The notes under the pieces: model-generated
What the model was told of the DNA's origin: nothing
Database searches by the model: none
Seen by the model: the letters and a program-made list of their open reading frames with translations, nothing else
Position numbers and translations under genes: made by a program
In this document: positions 60,583 through 64,000 of the stretch, one piece after another
How the letters are laid out: each line of letters starts with the position of its first letter
Numbering within the stretch: the stretch's first letter is position 1
NCBI GenBank assembly: GCA_965199495.1
Contig: CBDASK010000003.1
Span: forward strand, 1,024,001 to 1,088,000
Direction of reading: 5' to 3'
Length of the DNA stretch: 64,000 nucleotides
Source of the DNA: Abditibacterium sp.
GTDB taxonomy: Bacteria; Armatimonadota; Abditibacteriia; Abditibacteriales; Abditibacteriaceae

Positions 60583-61422
60583 ATGTTCATTCGCAAATCT
60601 TCCTCTTTGTCGTTGTGCGCCGTGGCTGCTATGGCAGCCACGGCGCATGCGCAAACCGTAAATTATCCGGTCGCAAATGGCGTCACCTTAAAAGCTCGCG
60701 CTTACACCGACTATTCTGGGCCGCTCAAATACGCCTCGCGCTACGATTTGGCGATTGCCGGCACGCCCAAAGACGGCACAAAATGGGATTTCACGCTGCC
60801 TGTTGAGCCAGAGTATCATTACACCGGCGGCATTTTCAATGAGGCTTCCCCGACGACTTACAACAACAAACCGACCGCGATTCTGCGCGCGACGCTTCAT
60901 CAATACCAAATTTATGACGAGCGAGTCACTTTCAAAAATTTGGATTTAGCGCCAGTCGCCGCCAAAGGTTCGATGTTCGATTTCGGTTCGCAAGTTACGC
61001 CGCGCGCTTTGTCGCTGAAGGAGCCAGTCACTTTGACGACACCGAGCGGCATCTCGGTCACTTTGCCCGCGCAAGATGCGACAACGTTATTTGAAGTTTT
61101 CAGCAACTTTAACGGCAACGCCAACGCGCTATTCATGAAAATAAACGTTTCGCCCGACGAGCGCGCAGTGACGTTGCCCGCTTCGCCGCTCTACAAAAAA
61201 TACGGTAAACCCGTTACCATCCAATTGAAAACGCCAGCACCAAATTCGATGATATGGGACAGTGCCGATAACACGTTCAAAACATTTGCCATCTATTTAC
61301 CGAACTTGAAAACGTTAAAACATCTCGATTCGCTAACGCTCGTTTTGCGCCAACGTGTCGAATTGCAAACGATTCCCGTTGCCATCGAAGTTCCCGTCGA
61401 GCGTCTGGTCAAAAATAAGTAG
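60583..61422 (+). CDS. Secreted hypothetical protein
   Basis: Signal peptide AHAQ followed by a long ORF. Confidence 0.7.
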   Translation: MFIRKSSSLSLCAVAAMAATAHAQTVNYPVANGVTLKARAYTDYSGPLKYASRYDLAIAGTPKDGTKWDFTLPVEPEYHYTGGIFNEASPTTYNNKPTAILRATLHQYQIYDERVTFKNLDLAPVAAKGSMFDFGSQVTPRALSLKEPVTLTTPSGISVTLPAQDATTLFEVFSNFNGNANALFMKINVSPDERAVTLPASPLYKKYGKPVTIQLKTPAPNSMIWDSADNTFKTFAIYLPNLKTLKHLDSLTLVLRQRVELQTIPVAIEVPVERLVKNK

Positions 61423-61465
61423 CATTTGTTACACTGGGCGCGTTTAATTTCAACAAACATTCATT

Positions 61466-61816
61466 ATGGCTATGACTTTAGAATACGGGAAATGCGCTTC
61501 GTGCGGGCGCGAAAATCCCAAAGCTATCGAACAGTGTCGCGGTTGTAACGCGGTTTTGCCGTGGGTCAAAGGCGCCGCGCCCAAGGCAGCCACGGCGGGC
61601 AACCATTCCTCTGGCAATGCTAAACCCAAAGTCGGTTTGGGCGACATCGCGTGGGGCGGCATGGCCGTGGCTTTGGGCGGCGGCGCGATTTTCGTGTTGG
61701 GAATCGTGCTGTGGTGCGGCAACGTCTTCGGATTTCTGCCGACCGTGCCGGGCGCGGGTTACATCACGATGGCAATCGGTGGCGCGATTTGGCGTTTCGG
61801 CAGTTCGATGGAATAA
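61466..61816 (+). CDS. Zinc-ribbon membrane protein
   Basis: CASCGREN...CRGC plus two TM; GNVFGFLPTVP. Confidence 0.75.
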   Translation: MAMTLEYGKCASCGRENPKAIEQCRGCNAVLPWVKGAAPKAATAGNHSSGNAKPKVGLGDIAWGGMAVALGGGAIFVLGIVLWCGNVFGFLPTVPGAGYITMAIGGAIWRFGSSME

Positions 61817-61828
61817 TTCTTCGCCGCG

Positions 61829-61867
61829 AAAAAAGCGCGCAACCCAACGGTTGCGCGCTTTTGTTTT
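61829..61867. terminator. Bidirectional terminator
   Basis: AAAAAAGCGCGCAACC-CAAC-GGTTGCGCGCTTTT between convergent genes. Confidence 0.85.
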
Positions 61868-61996
61868 TGTCCAAATGCGGGCGCCGTGGCTACCGTTGAG
61901 GCCAGACAAATCGCCAGTAAAGCGGCGCGTTAAAAATGAAATTTTATGCAAGCTGAATTTGCCACGTTAAACCCGCCCGCTTTGGCCAAATGTCGC

Positions 61997-62986
61997 TTAC
62001 AACTTCCATTTCAATAATTTCGCTTGCTGTTCATTGACCAACTGCACATGACCATTAACTAAACAGACAATCGCATAACCATGATGCCGAAAGTCTAAAT
62101 TTTGGTTGCTGCCTTCATAAAACAACACTAACTTGTCGGTTTCGACGTTCCATGCCGCGCGATTTGTTTTGTCGCTAAATTCCAATATAATGGGATCGGA
62201 ATGCGCTATGCCGTCCGAGTCAATGTAATTCGTCGGTTCGCGCTCAAGTTTCGACCAGGCGACGCCGGTTACATTATCGTTGAGCGCGAAACTCACATCT
62301 TTATCTGACGCACAATGAAAAACCGCTTCAGCTTTGATGTAAGGCATCAATTTATCTTTAAATGTTGCAACCGTCAACTCCACTTTGCCCTGCTCCTCAT
62401 CTTCATAATCCTGCTGATATAGGAGCCAACCCAAACCGATGGCTTTGGCATTAGTCAGGCAAATGTCAGTCGCTTTGCGGCTCAAAACCGCATCGGGATG
62501 GGCGACGGCAGTCGCCAGATTGAGCAGAAACCCGACTTTTTTGTTGCTGAAAAATAGCGCGGCTTCATCCGGCACAATTTTCCAGCGGTTGCCCTCGCGC
62601 CGCAATTGCAACGTCTCTGGTTGAGTCAAAGTGCCGAATAAGCCGTCTCGGAGTTCAAGTTGCGCGGTAACGGTGGCTTCATCGCCCTTGATTTCGGTGT
62701 GCAAATCGTGGAGCGTGAGCAAGACGTTTGGGTTGGCGGCTTTAAATTCCTGATTCAATTGCGCCAACGGCTCCCCGTTTTGCGCGCCAACAACCCACTG
62801 CGCCATCCCGATGAGATTGCCCGCGCTATAATCATAAGCCAACGATTTTACGGCGATTTCCGGTGGCAGTTTGATAATTGGTGGCGCGCCTGCCACGGGG
62901 AATTTCACGACGGGCGCCGGTGCGTCCGCAGCAGCCACGCGCGCGCCTAACGCCAACGGGATCAGAAATAACCAATGATTTTTCAT
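61997..62986 (-). CDS. Secreted protein with a DUF1559-like C-terminal domain but no prepilin leader
   Basis: CLTNAKAIGLGWLLYQQDY, LMPYIKAEAVFHC and RHHGYAIVCLVNGHV. Confidence 0.72.
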   Translation of the reverse strand: MKNHWLFLIPLALGARVAAADAPAPVVKFPVAGAPPIIKLPPEIAVKSLAYDYSAGNLIGMAQWVVGAQNGEPLAQLNQEFKAANPNVLLTLHDLHTEIKGDEATVTAQLELRDGLFGTLTQPETLQLRREGNRWKIVPDEAALFFSNKKVGFLLNLATAVAHPDAVLSRKATDICLTNAKAIGLGWLLYQQDYEDEEQGKVELTVATFKDKLMPYIKAEAVFHCASDKDVSFALNDNVTGVAWSKLEREPTNYIDSDGIAHSDPIILEFSDKTNRAAWNVETDKLVLFYEGSNQNLDFRHHGYAIVCLVNGHVQLVNEQQAKLLKWKL

Positions 62987-63010
62987 GTTTGTTCGCTTTC
63001 ATTGACGCTT

Positions 63011-63964
63011 TCATTCCACGTTAAATCTGCCCGCTTTAGCTAAATCTTCTTTGAGTTTAAAGACCGCCAAATCTTTCGATTTCGCTTCGACCATCACGTC
63101 GAATTCGCGGCAATTATCTAAAACTTCGCGCGCGAATGGAATGAAAACTTCTTCATCAATGTAATCGGCGTGTTGCGTCGGCAACGCCGCGCACTCGAAC
63201 GCTTTTTTCTTGCCGGTTTCTTTGTCCACGCGCATCACAGTGCGGTTTTCCTGGCGCGGCGACGAAAAATGAATTTTGGGCCGACAATCGGTGGGCCAGG
63301 TTTGCAAACTCGCGCAACACGCCGCTTCGGGCGTGGTGCCGTCGGGATTGCAGCAGTTGTGATGTTGATGATCGAAAATCAAGCGGATGCCGCAACCCTC
63401 GTGAATTTTCAGGGTGTCGCGCACGCCATACGATTTGTCATCGTTTTCCAACACCAATCGGCGCCGCGCCGGTTCGCCCAACTTTTTGTGATTTTCGATG
63501 AAACGCGCAATCGAAGCGTCGGGATCGCCGTAAACGCCGCCGACGTGGGTCACGATAACGGCCTCGTCGTTCATGCCCATAATATCCAAAATTTCGGCTT
63601 GCGCGGCGAAATCGCGTATCGAAGTTTCGACCAACTTTTCACTCGGCGCATTCAGAATAATATATTGCGACGGATGAAAACTCAAGCGCAAATTCATCGC
63701 GCGCGCCCGCGCGCCCAATTCTTCCAATTCGCTGCGACATTTCACCAGTTGATTGTGAAATTGCGGCATATCGGGATGCGTCAGATAGGGCGCGAAATCG
63801 CTGGAAAAGCGATACATCGAGATGCCGACTTCGCCCAAATAATCGAAAACGCCGTGCGCATATTTGATGCTTTCGCGCAAATGCGGGTTGGACGCGTGAC
63901 GGCGGGCATCGTGACTTTTCACGTCGTCTTTGCCCAGAACTTTAACTGCAAAACCTATACGCAT
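63011..63964 (-). CDS. uvsE: UV DNA damage repair endonuclease
   Basis: YRFSSD, RLSFHPSQY, HVGGVYG, LVLENDD, DHQHH, PKIHFSS and MVEAKSKD. Confidence 0.95.
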   Translation of the reverse strand: MRIGFAVKVLGKDDVKSHDARRHASNPHLRESIKYAHGVFDYLGEVGISMYRFSSDFAPYLTHPDMPQFHNQLVKCRSELEELGARARAMNLRLSFHPSQYIILNAPSEKLVETSIRDFAAQAEILDIMGMNDEAVIVTHVGGVYGDPDASIARFIENHKKLGEPARRRLVLENDDKSYGVRDTLKIHEGCGIRLIFDHQHHNCCNPDGTTPEAACCASLQTWPTDCRPKIHFSSPRQENRTVMRVDKETGKKKAFECAALPTQHADYIDEEVFIPFAREVLDNCREFDVMVEAKSKDLAVFKLKEDLAKAGRFNVE

Positions 63965-64000
63965 GATGAAACTAAATCCATTCCAATTCGCCCGCGACAA

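Overview
A GC-rich (roughly 57-59% by eye) bacterial chromosomal segment. The DUF1559 pseudopilin style suggests Armatimonadota/Abditibacteriota (inference). It is mostly housekeeping and accessory genes: holA, upp, livKHM, rbfA, rluD-like, rfbC, sdhCAB, ubiD-like/menG, mrdA, mutS2 and uvsE. I saw no rRNA, tRNA, CRISPR array or transposase. Four things stand out. (1) A non-palindromic 9-mer, CGTGGCTGC/GCAGCCACG, occurs about 32 times (16 per strand) in several reading frames and resembles a DNA-uptake sequence. (2) An expanded Hen1-Pnkp RNA-repair cluster has a nucleoside deoxyribosyltransferase-like gene, an RlaP-type nucleotidyltransferase, a CcbP-like gene and a TrmH methylase with a possible leader peptide between hen1 and pnkp. 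(3) A CHASE2 adenylate cyclase is linked to a FecR/proline-rich/beta-barrel protein. (4) Many different REP/MITE-like palindromes and heptamer repeats fill the intergenic gaps. All calls come from reading motifs by eye; no database searches were run.
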